Below, piece by piece: positions 18,766 through 30,724 of a stretch of 64,000 nucleotides of DNA. Numbering within the stretch: position 1 is the first letter of the stretch; every line of letters starts with the position of its first letter. This DNA is from a virus. The position numbers were made by a program, and so were the translations under genes. Under the pieces are notes generated by a model, which had not been told where the DNA came from, ran no database searches, and saw nothing but the letters and a program-made list of their open reading frames with translations. The stretch covers positions 1 through 64,000 of IMG/VR virus record IMGVR_UViG_3300020183_000046; one strand, written 5' to 3'.

Positions 18766-18845
18766 AAAAGAGAGGAACGGTAAAAACCGAACCTCTCTTT
18801 AGGGTGTTCCGACTTTTGTAGAGACCGCACGAAAGATCTCACAAA
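18766..18845 (-). ncRNA. Candidate small late RNA between regA and hsp20
   Basis: ATAAATA at regA stop, hairpin GAGATC..GGTCTC, linker, then terminator AAGAGAGG..CCTCTCTTTTT; no ORF. Confidence 0.4.
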
Positions 18846-18848
18846 TAT

Positions 18849-19274
18849 TTATACTGCCTTTTTCTTTCCGATGTTGTACTTACTCTCCAGTGTCCAATCA
18901 TTCTTTTCCTTGTAAGAAAGAACTTTGATCTGACTCAGAGGAGCTACATCAACTACATCATCCTTCTTAGCAACAGTGATCAGACCCCAATCACTAAGCA
19001 ATTGAATAATACGATTCCTTCTCTGTACATCGTTAATGCTAAGATTTGCTTTCTTACCATCAAGAGCAAACAACTCTTTAAAGTGTACGATGTAATACCT
19101 ACCTTGCTTATGAAGGATGTGGCAAGACTGATAGAGTTTCTTTTCTTTGCGAGAAGCAACACCAATCCTGGTTAAGGTCTCACGAACTTTTAAGAAATCA
19201 TCTGGTTCATTCAAGCTAACTTCAACCATGCAATCGGAAGTCCAATACACTTCCTGCTCAGCGACCGCTGTCAT
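18849..19274 (-). CDS. regA: Translational repressor RegA
   Basis: PDDFLKVRETLTRIGVASRK..LYQSCHILHKQG.YYIVHFKELF. Confidence 0.96.
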   Translation of the reverse strand: MTAVAEQEVYWTSDCMVEVSLNEPDDFLKVRETLTRIGVASRKEKKLYQSCHILHKQGRYYIVHFKELFALDGKKANLSINDVQRRNRIIQLLSDWGLITVAKKDDVVDVAPLSQIKVLSYKEKNDWTLESKYNIGKKKAV

Positions 19275-19654
19275 CTTTTTCCTCCCATGTCATGTTTTGT
19301 TCTAATAAAATCAAGTTGTTGTTCAGTTAGAAGAGTGAGAGCGATCTTTGCTTTTTCGTTGCTATAACCATAGTAACTTTTTACATGCTCTAGATCGTCA
19401 ATCTTAGCTTTCTTCAACCAAGGTGAAAACCGTTTTCGTTTCCTAACGATATTTATATAAAAATCATATTGCATCCTCTTATCTAGATGATGCGCTTTGT
19501 TCATTTCGTTTGCAAACAGAACAGTATCAACGTGTCCAGCAAGACACTTGTTGATAATGTAAGGAGGATATGCTTTTTCTAAAGTAGGATCTTCTTCTAG
19601 AATATTTTGTTTGTTATCATTAATACTGTTTAACCAGTCCTTCAATTCTGCCAT
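19271..19654 (-). CDS. g62: Clamp loader small subunit (gp62)
   Basis: YPPYIINKCL..ANEMN..QYDFY..RKRKRFSPW; synteny. Confidence 0.9.
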   Translation of the reverse strand: MAELKDWLNSINDNKQNILEEDPTLEKAYPPYIINKCLAGHVDTVLFANEMNKAHHLDKRMQYDFYINIVRKRKRFSPWLKKAKIDDLEHVKSYYGYSNEKAKIALTLLTEQQLDFIRTKHDMGGKR

Positions 19655-19656
19655 AA

Positions 19657-19869
19657 TTAAGTGATAATCTTAGTTGGACCAACGACTCCAGTTCCACCAC
19701 TATTGACCTTGTAAATAGCAACAGAACCACTCTTGAGGGTCACATGAACCTCATCACCATTAATCAACGCAAACTGTGCATTTGGACAGAACGTTGATAG
19801 AGCTCCTCTTGTAGTGTGATACAGTTGGCAGTAACCACTACGGAGAACACGCACCCCTAAACTTCCCAT
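19657..19869 (-). CDS. Hypothetical protein (70 aa)
   Basis: Tightly packed ORF in operon. Confidence 0.6.
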   Translation of the reverse strand: MGSLGVRVLRSGYCQLYHTTRGALSTFCPNAQFALINGDEVHVTLKSGSVAIYKVNSGGTGVVGPTKIIT

Positions 19870-20722
19870 AATTAGTAAGAATCAATTCACGACGGTCTTG
19901 TTGGTCTGCCATGTAATCTCCAGTAGATCGCATGGTATAAGTGTGGGCATAATCATACTGACACCATTCAGTAAACCTTTGACAAATGTCTGGATGATTG
20001 TTGTATGAGATCATGATGTTGCATAACCAGCAATCCATCTCATCAGCAAAACGAGAGTGATCAAATCCCTTGTGCATACTTCCTTTATTGCCATAGAGAT
20101 TATCTTTAATGTCATAGGGAGGATCCGCATACACAAAGACATTCTTATCATCAGACTTAAGATGATCGTATGACAAGTTTGTAATCCTCCACTTCTCAAT
20201 TACTTTTGAGTAGTCTGGGAACTTTTCAATTCCTCGCAAGGTGAAGTTGGCGACGCTTGCTTGTTTTGAGAAGGAGGAAGATTCAGTAAGACCAGAAAAA
20301 GAGCACTTATTGACAATCCAAAAATCAATAGCTCTCTGGTAGTTATTTGCTGTTCCGTCATTTAGTTCACTTTTAGCTTTAAGAAATACCTGTTCGGCTC
20401 TTGCGTAATATGAGTTGAGTTCTACAGAGTCTGATTTGTCGGGAACAACTCCAAGATCATTTTTAATTTGAGTTAGATCTTTACACATCTCAGGTCCAAA
20501 CGCCTGAAGTTGTTGCCAAAAGTTAACCAGTGGCTCATAAAGATCATTTACCCAAACCACTCTACCTGGAAAAGATTTGGTAACTTCTATTGCCATACTA
20601 CCACCACCTAAGAAAGGTTCTCTATATTCAGAGAACGGTTCATCAGGCAAATATTCAAATAGTTTAGTTAAAGCTCTGGACTTACCGCCAGGATAACGAA
20701 GAGGTGTTTTCAGAGATTTCAT
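19838..20722 (-). CDS. dam: DNA adenine methyltransferase (Dam/D12 class)
   Basis: LRYPGGKS; EPFLGGGS; NDLY; DPPY. Confidence 0.9.
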   Translation of the reverse strand: MKSLKTPLRYPGGKSRALTKLFEYLPDEPFSEYREPFLGGGSMAIEVTKSFPGRVVWVNDLYEPLVNFWQQLQAFGPEMCKDLTQIKNDLGVVPDKSDSVELNSYYARAEQVFLKAKSELNDGTANNYQRAIDFWIVNKCSFSGLTESSSFSKQASVANFTLRGIEKFPDYSKVIEKWRITNLSYDHLKSDDKNVFVYADPPYDIKDNLYGNKGSMHKGFDHSRFADEMDCWLCNIMISYNNHPDICQRFTEWCQYDYAHTYTMRSTGDYMADQQDRRELILTNYGKFRGACSP

Positions 20723-20724
20723 AA

Positions 20725-21264
20725 TTACATAAAGGTACAGATAAGAACCACTCGTCTTGATTTTGAAGGAAGGTAATGATAGTGTTCTCCCTCAAAAACT
20801 ATTATAGCATCTTCTTTTGGGGAAAAGGATTCTCCTCCACAAACAGTATCACCATCTCCACCATTTAAATAAATAAGTAAATTTTTATGAGGGAAATCAT
20901 GATCTACATGTGGTAATGTTTTTTCAGATCCTATAACTGGTATAGTTAAATTTACTCCAATCCTAAAAACACATTCAACATTTATTTTATTATAAAGAAA
21001 TATTTGCTGAAGTATGGAATTAGCTATGTTGACGTATGCAGAAGTTTGCTTTGGGTATAAATTATAATCAGGTGGATCCAAAGGTCGTTTTACTATGGTG
21101 TGAGTAAATACTGGAATTGGATTTTTATGTGGATTATCATCTTCATCCTGAACACTATCCGCAGTCCAACACCAAGGAAAGTAACAATCAAGAACTTCTT
21201 TTTTAAATTTTAAATATTCTTGAGTTTTTGGATTACTAAACTCCGAAATCATTTGAATTGACAC
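20725..21264 (-). CDS. 2OG-Fe(II) oxygenase-like protein
   Basis: PHVDH...LIYLN..DGDT...HYH....RRVV; AT-rich. Confidence 0.7.
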   Translation of the reverse strand: MSIQMISEFSNPKTQEYLKFKKEVLDCYFPWCWTADSVQDEDDNPHKNPIPVFTHTIVKRPLDPPDYNLYPKQTSAYVNIANSILQQIFLYNKINVECVFRIGVNLTIPVIGSEKTLPHVDHDFPHKNLLIYLNGGDGDTVCGGESFSPKEDAIIVFEGEHYHYLPSKSRRVVLICTFM

Positions 21265-22193
21265 TCACACATAATTTCAGTAAGAGCAGCAAGAAGATTA
21301 ATTTCTTGATCAGCAACAAAAGCAGATTGATACTGATACTTGGCAATCACCAAGACTGCATGAGGAATGCTCTGAGGTTGAAGACTATCATACAGAGTTT
21401 CATAGATCGTCCTAAGAATAATGTTAGGGTCATTATCCAAATTAGTATTGACCCACTTACGAGCTAAGGTAAACTCTTTATTCTTCAAAGCTTCCATAAG
21501 TTCGCCCATGCGAACTTCCGCCATGTTGGCAAGAATACCTGTATCAATTATACCACCAACGCTATAACGTTGCAACTCATTTAGGGTACGTCGAAAATCG
21601 GGAAAGTACTTTTGGACAACCTCTGCGAGAACCTTCGGATCATACTTGATACTTTCGCTCTCAAGTATAGTCCTGACACGGTTGAAGAAATTTCCAGCAA
21701 TCTGAACTTTTTGCTTTCCTTTGATTCCAAAGTCAACAACGGCACACCTTGAGTGGAGTGGTTCGATAATTTTGTTCTTGTAGTTGCAGGTAAAGATGAA
21801 ACGGCAATTGCCAGCAAATTCCTCAATAGACGCCCGTAGGAGGAGCTGTACATCGTGGGTTGTGTTGTCTGCCTCATCAATAATAATAACCTTGTGCTTA
21901 GCAGACGAGGTAAGTGAGACGGTCGAAGCGAAAGACTTCGCATGGTTTCTGACAGTATCAAGGAATCTACCTTCGTCGGATCCATTAATGACATAGGAAT
22001 CTACATTAAGTTCATTACACAGTGCTTTAGCTACCGTGGTCTTTCCAATACCAGCGGTGCCACAAAGAAGAAGGTTGGGGATCTCCCCAGCATCAACAAA
22101 AGATTGGAATGTATCCTTCGTTTCTTTAGGAAGAATACAGTCCTCAATAGTTTGTGGGCGATACTTTTCAACCCACAGAAAATCATCCTTCAT
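21249..22193 (-). CDS. g44: Clamp loader large subunit (gp44)
   Basis: LWVEKYRP; GTAGIGKTT; IIIDEAD; SRC. Confidence 0.96.
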   Translation of the reverse strand: MKDDFLWVEKYRPQTIEDCILPKETKDTFQSFVDAGEIPNLLLCGTAGIGKTTVAKALCNELNVDSYVINGSDEGRFLDTVRNHAKSFASTVSLTSSAKHKVIIIDEADNTTHDVQLLLRASIEEFAGNCRFIFTCNYKNKIIEPLHSRCAVVDFGIKGKQKVQIAGNFFNRVRTILESESIKYDPKVLAEVVQKYFPDFRRTLNELQRYSVGGIIDTGILANMAEVRMGELMEALKNKEFTLARKWVNTNLDNDPNIILRTIYETLYDSLQPQSIPHAVLVIAKYQYQSAFVADQEINLLAALTEIMCECQFK

Positions 22194-22837
22194 ACTTAGA
22201 GTCGGGTTCAAGGGCAATCAAATATTCCAAATCCAGTGTAGCATGTCTGAAGAGAGATGCGTTGTGCTTACTGACAACGACAGAATAATCACCAGGAAGA
22301 AGCTTCAGGGTCTCAACCTTAAAATTGAAACAGAAGTTCGAATCTGTTTCTCCAACGCTAACAGCATAGCTGTTAGAGGTGTCATTCTTTTTATCTCTAA
22401 CGACCAGATCAATAGTAGATCCATTTCCAACGACAGACAGATCTTCTACACCATAGATGCCAGCAGCTTTAATAATGTTTGAAAGGTCGGTTGACGATAC
22501 AAGGAAGCAAACATCTTGAGTTGGCAACTCAACTTTTTTATCTGGTGGAGTTGTAATTACAGAAGGATCTGCAAAGAAATACCGAGTCTTGTTACGACTA
22601 TCTTTAATTGTAAGATAACTATCGTTTGTAAAATCAAACTCAGCATCGTTGAATAGAGTCAGACCAGAGAGAAACTCACTCAGATCATAGATTGCAAAGT
22701 CTCTTGGAAACTTTTCTTCTACAACGCAACGACCAAGAATGTTTTTTTGAATCGAAAGAGTTGAAACTTGACTACCTTTCTTAAAGCAAATCGACTGATT
22801 GATAGTGGAGAAATTCTTCAGAATGTCGAGGGTACTT

Positions 22838-22851
<14 letters not shown>
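22183..22851 (-). CDS. g45: Sliding clamp (gp45)
   Basis: MKLS..T..ILKNFSTINQSI; FAIYDL.EFL; YLIALEPDS. Confidence 0.95.
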
Positions 22852-24963
<2,112 letters not shown>

Positions 24964-24991
24964 AGTTGGTTTCCTTGATTGGTATGGACAT

Positions 24992-25046
24992 ATCATAAAG
25001 CAAAAACCCGCCTCAGGGGCGGGCAGTGGACACTTAAGAAAGTGGT
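24992..25046 (-). promoter_or_regulatory. Composite early-type element: palindrome + GC hairpin + -10 box
   Basis: CACTT-N4-AAGTG, then CCCGCC..GGCGGG-T5, then TATGAT 33 nt after the palindrome. Confidence 0.6.
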
Positions 25047-25369
25047 CTGAAGAACTCCTGACTAACCATGTTGTCAGCATAAAGCATTTTCCTCATGTAT
25101 TCGACTCCATCCTGAGGGGTTGTGTGATCTCCACATGTAAAAATATCACAGACCGCCATCCCTAACTCTGGCCAAGTGTGAATGCTGATATGACTTTCAG
25201 CAAGCATAGCTACACACGTCACTCCTTGTGGATCAAACTTGTGAGAATTAATCGCCAACAGAGTCGAGTTGCATTTGATAGCGGCATATAACACGACATC
25301 TTTGACGTATTGCTCATCATCAAGAAGTACAGCAGAACAGTTTTTCAAAGTAAAAAGGACGTGTCTCAT
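25034..25369 (-). CDS. speD: S-adenosylmethionine decarboxylase proenzyme
   Basis: F.PQGVT..LAESHISIHTWPE...DIFTCG. Confidence 0.93.
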   Translation of the reverse strand: MRHVLFTLKNCSAVLLDDEQYVKDVVLYAAIKCNSTLLAINSHKFDPQGVTCVAMLAESHISIHTWPELGMAVCDIFTCGDHTTPQDGVEYMRKMLYADNMVSQEFFRPLS

Positions 25370-25893
25370 ATCCAGTAAGGTTTTCTCTCAGGTTTACGAA
25401 GGTAATTTGAAGCAGCCCAAGGTTTAGATGCAACATACATTTTGTATGCGTCGAATGTATCTATACTTGTGTCAAGCTTAAATTCATCTGGCATGGCACG
25501 GGCAAAGTTCTCTGCCATGCAATAACAAGTTATGGTCTTACTGGTTTGCTGATGAAAAATTAACTTAGCTTCAAACAAAGACTTGGCGCACGAATGCACT
25601 TTATTATATCTATAAGAGTATTCAGATGACAAAGCACAACCGTGCTGAATCAACCAAGCTAGATTGTAAATGTTTTGTGCTGCCCATTTTGTACAAGGAT
25701 GATTACGAAAAGCACCCTTTGCTGTTGAATAAGCTTGTCCATCTGCTCTATGAATTTCACCCCAGTTAAGATACCACTTAGAGTAGATGATGGAGATCAT
25801 CTGACAACATTCTAGTGGCATCTTAACGATGTGCTTATCTGGCAAAGAGATAGCAGATCTACGGGGAGATGGATCGGTCGCGAAAATGTTCAT
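25366..25893 (-). CDS. Pyrimidine-dimer DNA glycosylase/DenV-like protein
   Basis: MNIF..D.HIVKMPLECCQM...NHPCTKW...EY..RY.K.H. Confidence 0.75.
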   Translation of the reverse strand: MNIFATDPSPRRSAISLPDKHIVKMPLECCQMISIIYSKWYLNWGEIHRADGQAYSTAKGAFRNHPCTKWAAQNIYNLAWLIQHGCALSSEYSYRYNKVHSCAKSLFEAKLIFHQQTSKTITCYCMAENFARAMPDEFKLDTSIDTFDAYKMYVASKPWAASNYLRKPERKPYWI

Positions 25894-27989
25894 GCAATCT
25901 GCTCGATAAAGGATGAGAGAATCTTCTTGTTGGACTTCTTGCCGCTCAGGGCTTTTCTAAATGCACTCTTGATCTGTGCTTTAGACGCATCCTCTCCTAC
26001 TACAAACTCGGTGTCTGTGTCAAGGCTTTCGTTACGAAGTGCGTAGGAAATGCTGTATGCAGTATGTGGATTGATGTAGCAGCGATTCTTCTTCCACTCT
26101 TCATCAGCTTGGATTGAGTAGGTACGCCCATAAGGAAGATCGGACATCTTGTAACGATTCCATTCACGACCAGAGAGGATTCGAATCGAAATGATCTCAC
26201 AGTCAGAGAAACGATCTCGGAAGTTTTGCACAAAAGTGCTGGTCTGAGCCCACTGATTATGACCAAACTGATAGGTCTTTCCAGTCTTTCTATCGCGAAG
26301 CAGACAGTTACCGTAAATAGGATTGCGAATAATCATAGAAGATCCATCACGATAATTGCGGACTGACTTACTACGGCACATGGGATGACCCTCACCATCA
26401 GTCAGATTAATGATGTGAACCTTCTCGCACTTGTTTTCCTTCTTGAACTTAGGTGCGATATGGAACATAGATAGCACAGCTTCATTCAACGGAGTGCCAG
26501 AAAGATGAAGCTTCCTAGCAACAGGATAGTATGTCGGAAAGTTTGCACGACCTAAAGTAGCTGCAAGTCTAAAAAGATTGCGGCACTGACGCTCATGCTC
26601 GGAGTTGTTGGACTTGCTAGTAAGAAGAGTCAGCATGGAAAAATCTGGATGAATCCAAATCTTATTTGCCTCTTCATGAGCAAAGTCTCGAAAAGTTTCT
26701 GGAGTCCAACCATCACTAAAAGCATACACGGTGTATGCAATACCAACTTTACGGCAGAATAAAACCAGAGCAATCAACTGCTTGAAGGTAGCAAAGATTG
26801 TATCCCGCATAGAACCAGACCAATCAAGGTTAAAGATCAGACCATGGTTCTTGCCCTGCTGAAGGTTGGTAACCTTCTTGAAGAGATCTTCGTTGTACTT
26901 ATAGGTATGAAGCTTAGTGCAATCCAGAACACCAGTGCGAGAGGTAGTAGCGCGAGCATATGAGCTTGCAGACTTCTTACACTCAAACTCTTTCACGAGA
27001 TAGTTGACTTCCTGGGCACAGTTTTTCTTGAACTGACGATACTCAGAATCTACACGGTAGAAAGATTCACTACTATCATCATAATCATTTGCTTCCCAGG
27101 CACCTTGAATGTGCTCATGGACACGGGAATTGCTAACGATGACTTGGTTCCAATCGAAGTTCGGAACTTCGAGATAATCAAACAATCCGCCGTTGTTGTC
27201 AATCAGATCCTTAACAAAGTCGTTAAAGTTAGAATCAGTCTGAACCTCAACATCATCTGCACCATGATCTTCAAAGTCCTGGGATTCCTGCTTGATCTCA
27301 GGAGAACCAGAAAGATCGGAAGGAGATTCATTAGTACTATCATCTTCATTCTCCCCATCCTGAGAATCAGAGAAGTCAGATTGAGTAGACTGACCCTGAG
27401 ATGGTGAAGTGCTCTGAGGAGCATCAGCATCAAGATCTTCTACTTTCTCTTTGATGGATTCCTTACAGAACTTATAGATAAGCTTTGCAAGCTCAACAGC
27501 ATCAGCAAAAGTCTCCAGAGAGTTTGCAATACTCACAAACTCTTTTTCCTCTTCGGAGAAAGGAACGGTAACAAAATTACCAATCTTGAAATGAATGTTC
27601 AGACGATCGGCAGTGTTATAGGAACTGAGATCGGAATCACCGATAGAGAAGAAGTCTTGGTCGCTGAGATCTTTATATCCACGGAAGAAAGTCTTTGCAA
27701 GACCAGGATAGCGACGCTTCATCAACTTCTCAACACGAATGTCCTCAGTGACATTCACAAATTGAGTAGGAACCTCGCTCTCAAAAGACCAGTCATTAGG
27801 AGTGTAGAGAGCATGTCCAACCTCATGCGAGATCAACAAATCAAGAACATCATTACTAGCTTTCTTCCACATAGGAAGAGTGAGCACACGAGTCTCTACG
27901 TTGAACTGTGCAGTCTCAACCTGTCTGTGCTCAACAATCAGATCCTCTTGAGCGAGAAGGCGAGCGAGATGGTCTTTGACGTTGTTCAT
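25890..27989 (-). CDS. Metallopeptidase-like + VWA domain protein (CobT-like partner of CobS)
   Basis: HEVGH (HExxH); MIDAS DWSGS, GTPL, LTDG. Confidence 0.85.
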   Translation of the reverse strand: MNNVKDHLARLLAQEDLIVEHRQVETAQFNVETRVLTLPMWKKASNDVLDLLISHEVGHALYTPNDWSFESEVPTQFVNVTEDIRVEKLMKRRYPGLAKTFFRGYKDLSDQDFFSIGDSDLSSYNTADRLNIHFKIGNFVTVPFSEEEKEFVSIANSLETFADAVELAKLIYKFCKESIKEKVEDLDADAPQSTSPSQGQSTQSDFSDSQDGENEDDSTNESPSDLSGSPEIKQESQDFEDHGADDVEVQTDSNFNDFVKDLIDNNGGLFDYLEVPNFDWNQVIVSNSRVHEHIQGAWEANDYDDSSESFYRVDSEYRQFKKNCAQEVNYLVKEFECKKSASSYARATTSRTGVLDCTKLHTYKYNEDLFKKVTNLQQGKNHGLIFNLDWSGSMRDTIFATFKQLIALVLFCRKVGIAYTVYAFSDGWTPETFRDFAHEEANKIWIHPDFSMLTLLTSKSNNSEHERQCRNLFRLAATLGRANFPTYYPVARKLHLSGTPLNEAVLSMFHIAPKFKKENKCEKVHIINLTDGEGHPMCRSKSVRNYRDGSSMIIRNPIYGNCLLRDRKTGKTYQFGHNQWAQTSTFVQNFRDRFSDCEIISIRILSGREWNRYKMSDLPYGRTYSIQADEEWKKNRCYINPHTAYSISYALRNESLDTDTEFVVGEDASKAQIKSAFRKALSGKKSNKKILSSFIEQIA

Positions 27990-28162
27990 ACTGAGGTCTC
28001 TTGGATGTACCTACAATACGAAGAAACCCCGCGCTTGGCGGGGTTCATGTGACACTTCTTGAAGTGGCTCAGGCGAGCTTTCGCTTGTCTTAGTGCCTGT
28101 GGCTTAAGGTGGCGCTTCTTCTCCTTCTTGGAGTGGTGCTGCCAGTTTGGTACGTTAGTCAC
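27986..28162 (-). CDS. Small basic hypothetical protein
   Basis: GTG start: NVPNWQHHSKKEKKRHLKPQALRQAKAR. Confidence 0.55.
   Translation of the reverse strand: MTNVPNWQHHSKKEKKRHLKPQALRQAKARLSHFKKCHMNPAKRGVSSYCRYIQETSV
28013..28067 (-). promoter_or_regulatory. Second copy of composite early-type element
   Basis: CACTT-N4-AAGTG, then AACCCCGC..GCGGGGTT hairpin, then TATTGT 34 nt after the palindrome. Confidence 0.6.
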
Positions 28163-28475
28163 GTTGCCTCCAGTCGTCGGGTTTGTCTTCGGTGAACCAG
28201 TCCACCATGTCATCCACACTATTAAAACCCCTTCTCCCGAATCTGTCAAGCCCCGTCCCACCAATATCAAGTTGGTTTAAAAAATCATCCATATCTCCCT
28301 CCTGCATATCTGGGTTCTCAGCAGTCCTACGTGCTTGACGGAGGATGGTAGCAGCAGAGCGATTTGCCTTAGCAAGTTTCTCTGCCCAGATCATATCTTC
28401 GAGACTTACTTCTTGATGTTTTGCAATCTTATCACAGATTCCTTCAAGGCGAAGACGATATTGTGCTGACAGCAT
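28155..28475 (-). CDS. Conserved hypothetical protein
   Basis: MLS.QYRLRLE.IC...W..KLAK.N...W.QRD. Confidence 0.7.
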   Translation of the reverse strand: MLSAQYRLRLEGICDKIAKHQEVSLEDMIWAEKLAKANRSAATILRQARRTAENPDMQEGDMDDFLNQLDIGGTGLDRFGRRGFNSVDDMVDWFTEDKPDDWRQRD

Positions 28476-28508
28476 ATGAAATTTCTAGATGGGGTTGGTT
28501 AGCATTAA

Positions 28509-28703
28509 TTACTTGATCCTTGATTCCAAATCGTTAATCCTATTGAATTCTTGATATGCTCGTTCAGATCTCTCTGAGAGGATATCAGATATATCATTTA
28601 GGATAATTTCATTTTCAATTTGCTCATCCAGATAATTATCGATCGCTTCTTTCAGATACCTTTTACGATGCCATTCTGGAGTATATGGTTTGTAGTGTGT
28701 CAT
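28509..28703 (-). CDS. Hypothetical protein
   Basis: YKPYTPEWHRKRYLKEA; operon position. Confidence 0.65.
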   Translation of the reverse strand: MTHYKPYTPEWHRKRYLKEAIDNYLDEQIENEIILNDISDILSERSERAYQEFNRINDLESRIK

Positions 28704-28725
28704 GACAAAATGTATGATTTATTAT

Positions 28726-30444
28726 TTATTCTTCTGTTATAACAGAGAAGTTCTGCTTTTTTTCTATACGAAGAATACTAGCAAACTTATCCTGCAATAC
28801 ATCTGGTTTATGAGAAATAACAAAAACATTTGTATTGTCAGAGAATGTCCTAAGGATTTTCATGAAGTCCTCTGTTCCAGAAGTATCCAGACTACTATCA
28901 AAAATTTCGTCCAGAATAAGGAGGTTGGTATTAGCACTGTTCTTCATCTTAGCAATAGTTCTCCAAGTAAACAACAGAGCTAAGTCTATTCGCATCTTTT
29001 CACCTTCGCTAAAAGAAGCATAAGAGAAGTCATCACGATAACGTGACTTGATGGTTTCCTCAAAGTTTTCACTAAGACTAAACGAAACATAAAAGTCCAA
29101 CTCTTTGAGATAACGGTTGATGAGTTGGTTCATCACGGGCAGATACCTTTTAATGATCTGGGATTTGATACCAGTATCTTTGAGCATGGAAAGGACAACC
29201 TCGTGGTTATCCCTTTTATGTTTTGTGGAAGAAAGTTCTTTTTCAATCGAAATTCCTTCCTTAGCCAACTCCTTTAATTTTTCTTGTTCCCGTATTAGGT
29301 TCGCCCCGCCACCATTTTGCTTTTCAATTTCTTCTTCAATTTTTCGTATAGAGTCTTGCTTCCACTGGATCTCCCTATTATTGGTAGAGATTTGCTGCTG
29401 GAGGTCTTGGTAATTTTTAAGAAACTCTTTTTTCTTATTGAGGGATTCAGTGATATCATGGATCTTAACCTTAAGATCTTTTGTAGCGGACTCTAGCTCC
29501 TCAATAGAGGATTCAATATTTGATTTCTTTTCTACTCTAAGTTCTTCAGTTATACTTTGCTTGCAAGTAGGGCACGTATCATTCTCTTCAAAGAATTTAT
29601 AGTCGCTCTTCAGTTTTTTAGATTTGTCTTGGAACTTAGATTCGAAGATTTTGAGTTTATCAAACTCATCTTCTACTGTACCACATTCATCGATTTGGTT
29701 TTGTATTCCCTCACACAATTCAAGGTTCTCAATATTGATACCTTGAATCAATTCAATCTCAGATCGAATGGAGTTAATACTCGATTGTCTTTGAACGTTG
29801 TTAGCTGCAGACTGCTCCTTCAGATCAGCAATAAATCTTTGTTGCAGTTGCACCTTTTCTTTAGCGATCTCCATCTTGTAATCAAGATCTCTAATATCAT
29901 CCCGAATGATTTTAATTCGATCTTTAAGAAGAAGATTCATCGTAGAGAAGATCTTGATATCAAGCAAGTCTTCAATAACTTCTCTACGATGCGCTGGAGG
30001 AAGCTGCATGAATGGAACAAAAGTAGATGAACCAAGAATGACAACCTGAGTGAATGACTTGAAATTCAACTTCAGAATGTTTTGCTCTAGGGACCTCTGC
30101 TGATCAACAGCTGAAGCTTCTTGATTCAACATTTGTCCATTCAGATGTACCTCAAAAATAGAGGGTTTGATTCCACGACGAACAAGATATTCTTTAGAAC
30201 CAACACTGAACTCTACTTCAACAAGGCAATCTTTTTCATTAATCGAGTTGATTAACTGGGGTTTGTTGATTTTCCGAAAGGGTTTGTTAAACAGGGCGAA
30301 GCAAATCGCATCCAAAAGAGTGGACTTGCCAGCACCATTACTACCCACGATCAGAGTAGAAGGACTGTTATCAAGACGCAGTTCAGTAAAAACATTTCCC
30401 GTAGAGAGAAAGTTTTTCCAACGTATAGACTTGAATATAATCAT
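28726..30444 (-). CDS. g46: Recombination endonuclease ATPase subunit (gp46, Rad50-like)
   Basis: GSNGAGKST; CPTC hook; FSEGEK; LILDE. Confidence 0.96.
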   Translation of the reverse strand: MIIFKSIRWKNFLSTGNVFTELRLDNSPSTLIVGSNGAGKSTLLDAICFALFNKPFRKINKPQLINSINEKDCLVEVEFSVGSKEYLVRRGIKPSIFEVHLNGQMLNQEASAVDQQRSLEQNILKLNFKSFTQVVILGSSTFVPFMQLPPAHRREVIEDLLDIKIFSTMNLLLKDRIKIIRDDIRDLDYKMEIAKEKVQLQQRFIADLKEQSAANNVQRQSSINSIRSEIELIQGINIENLELCEGIQNQIDECGTVEDEFDKLKIFESKFQDKSKKLKSDYKFFEENDTCPTCKQSITEELRVEKKSNIESSIEELESATKDLKVKIHDITESLNKKKEFLKNYQDLQQQISTNNREIQWKQDSIRKIEEEIEKQNGGGANLIREQEKLKELAKEGISIEKELSSTKHKRDNHEVVLSMLKDTGIKSQIIKRYLPVMNQLINRYLKELDFYVSFSLSENFEETIKSRYRDDFSYASFSEGEKMRIDLALLFTWRTIAKMKNSANTNLLILDEIFDSSLDTSGTEDFMKILRTFSDNTNVFVISHKPDVLQDKFASILRIEKKQNFSVITEE

Positions 30445-30460
30445 AATGAAAGGACAAAAA

Positions 30461-30724
30461 TTAATCTTCTCTAGGAGGTATCACTATATCGTCGGGAGTT
30501 ACGATATAGTATGGATGACCATGCTGCTCGCAAGCTCGCATAGCATTACGGTCTTCCACTTCTACTACTGACATTTCTGGAAAATCATCTGCTTCCAGAA
30601 GACCAGCATAGCGCACTGCGTCGTCTTTGTCAAGAAAAAGGTACACAATCTGCTCACCCTCATCTGAAGTGACAGCATATGCACCTTCTTCTTCATAACC
30701 TTTCAGTGCGAGTATGTACATCAA
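30461..30724 (-). CDS. Conserved acidic hypothetical protein
   Basis: GAYAV...F.DKDDA.RYA..LE...TPDDIVIPP between g47 and g46. Confidence 0.7.
   Translation of the reverse strand: MMYILALKGYEEEGAYAVTSDEGEQIVYLFLDKDDAVRYAGLLEADDFPEMSVVEVEDRNAMRACEQHGHPYYIVTPDDIVIPPRED

Noticed and set aside
19838-20722. dam as part of a restriction-modification system
   Set aside because: No adjacent restriction endonuclease; orphan methylases are common in T4-like phages
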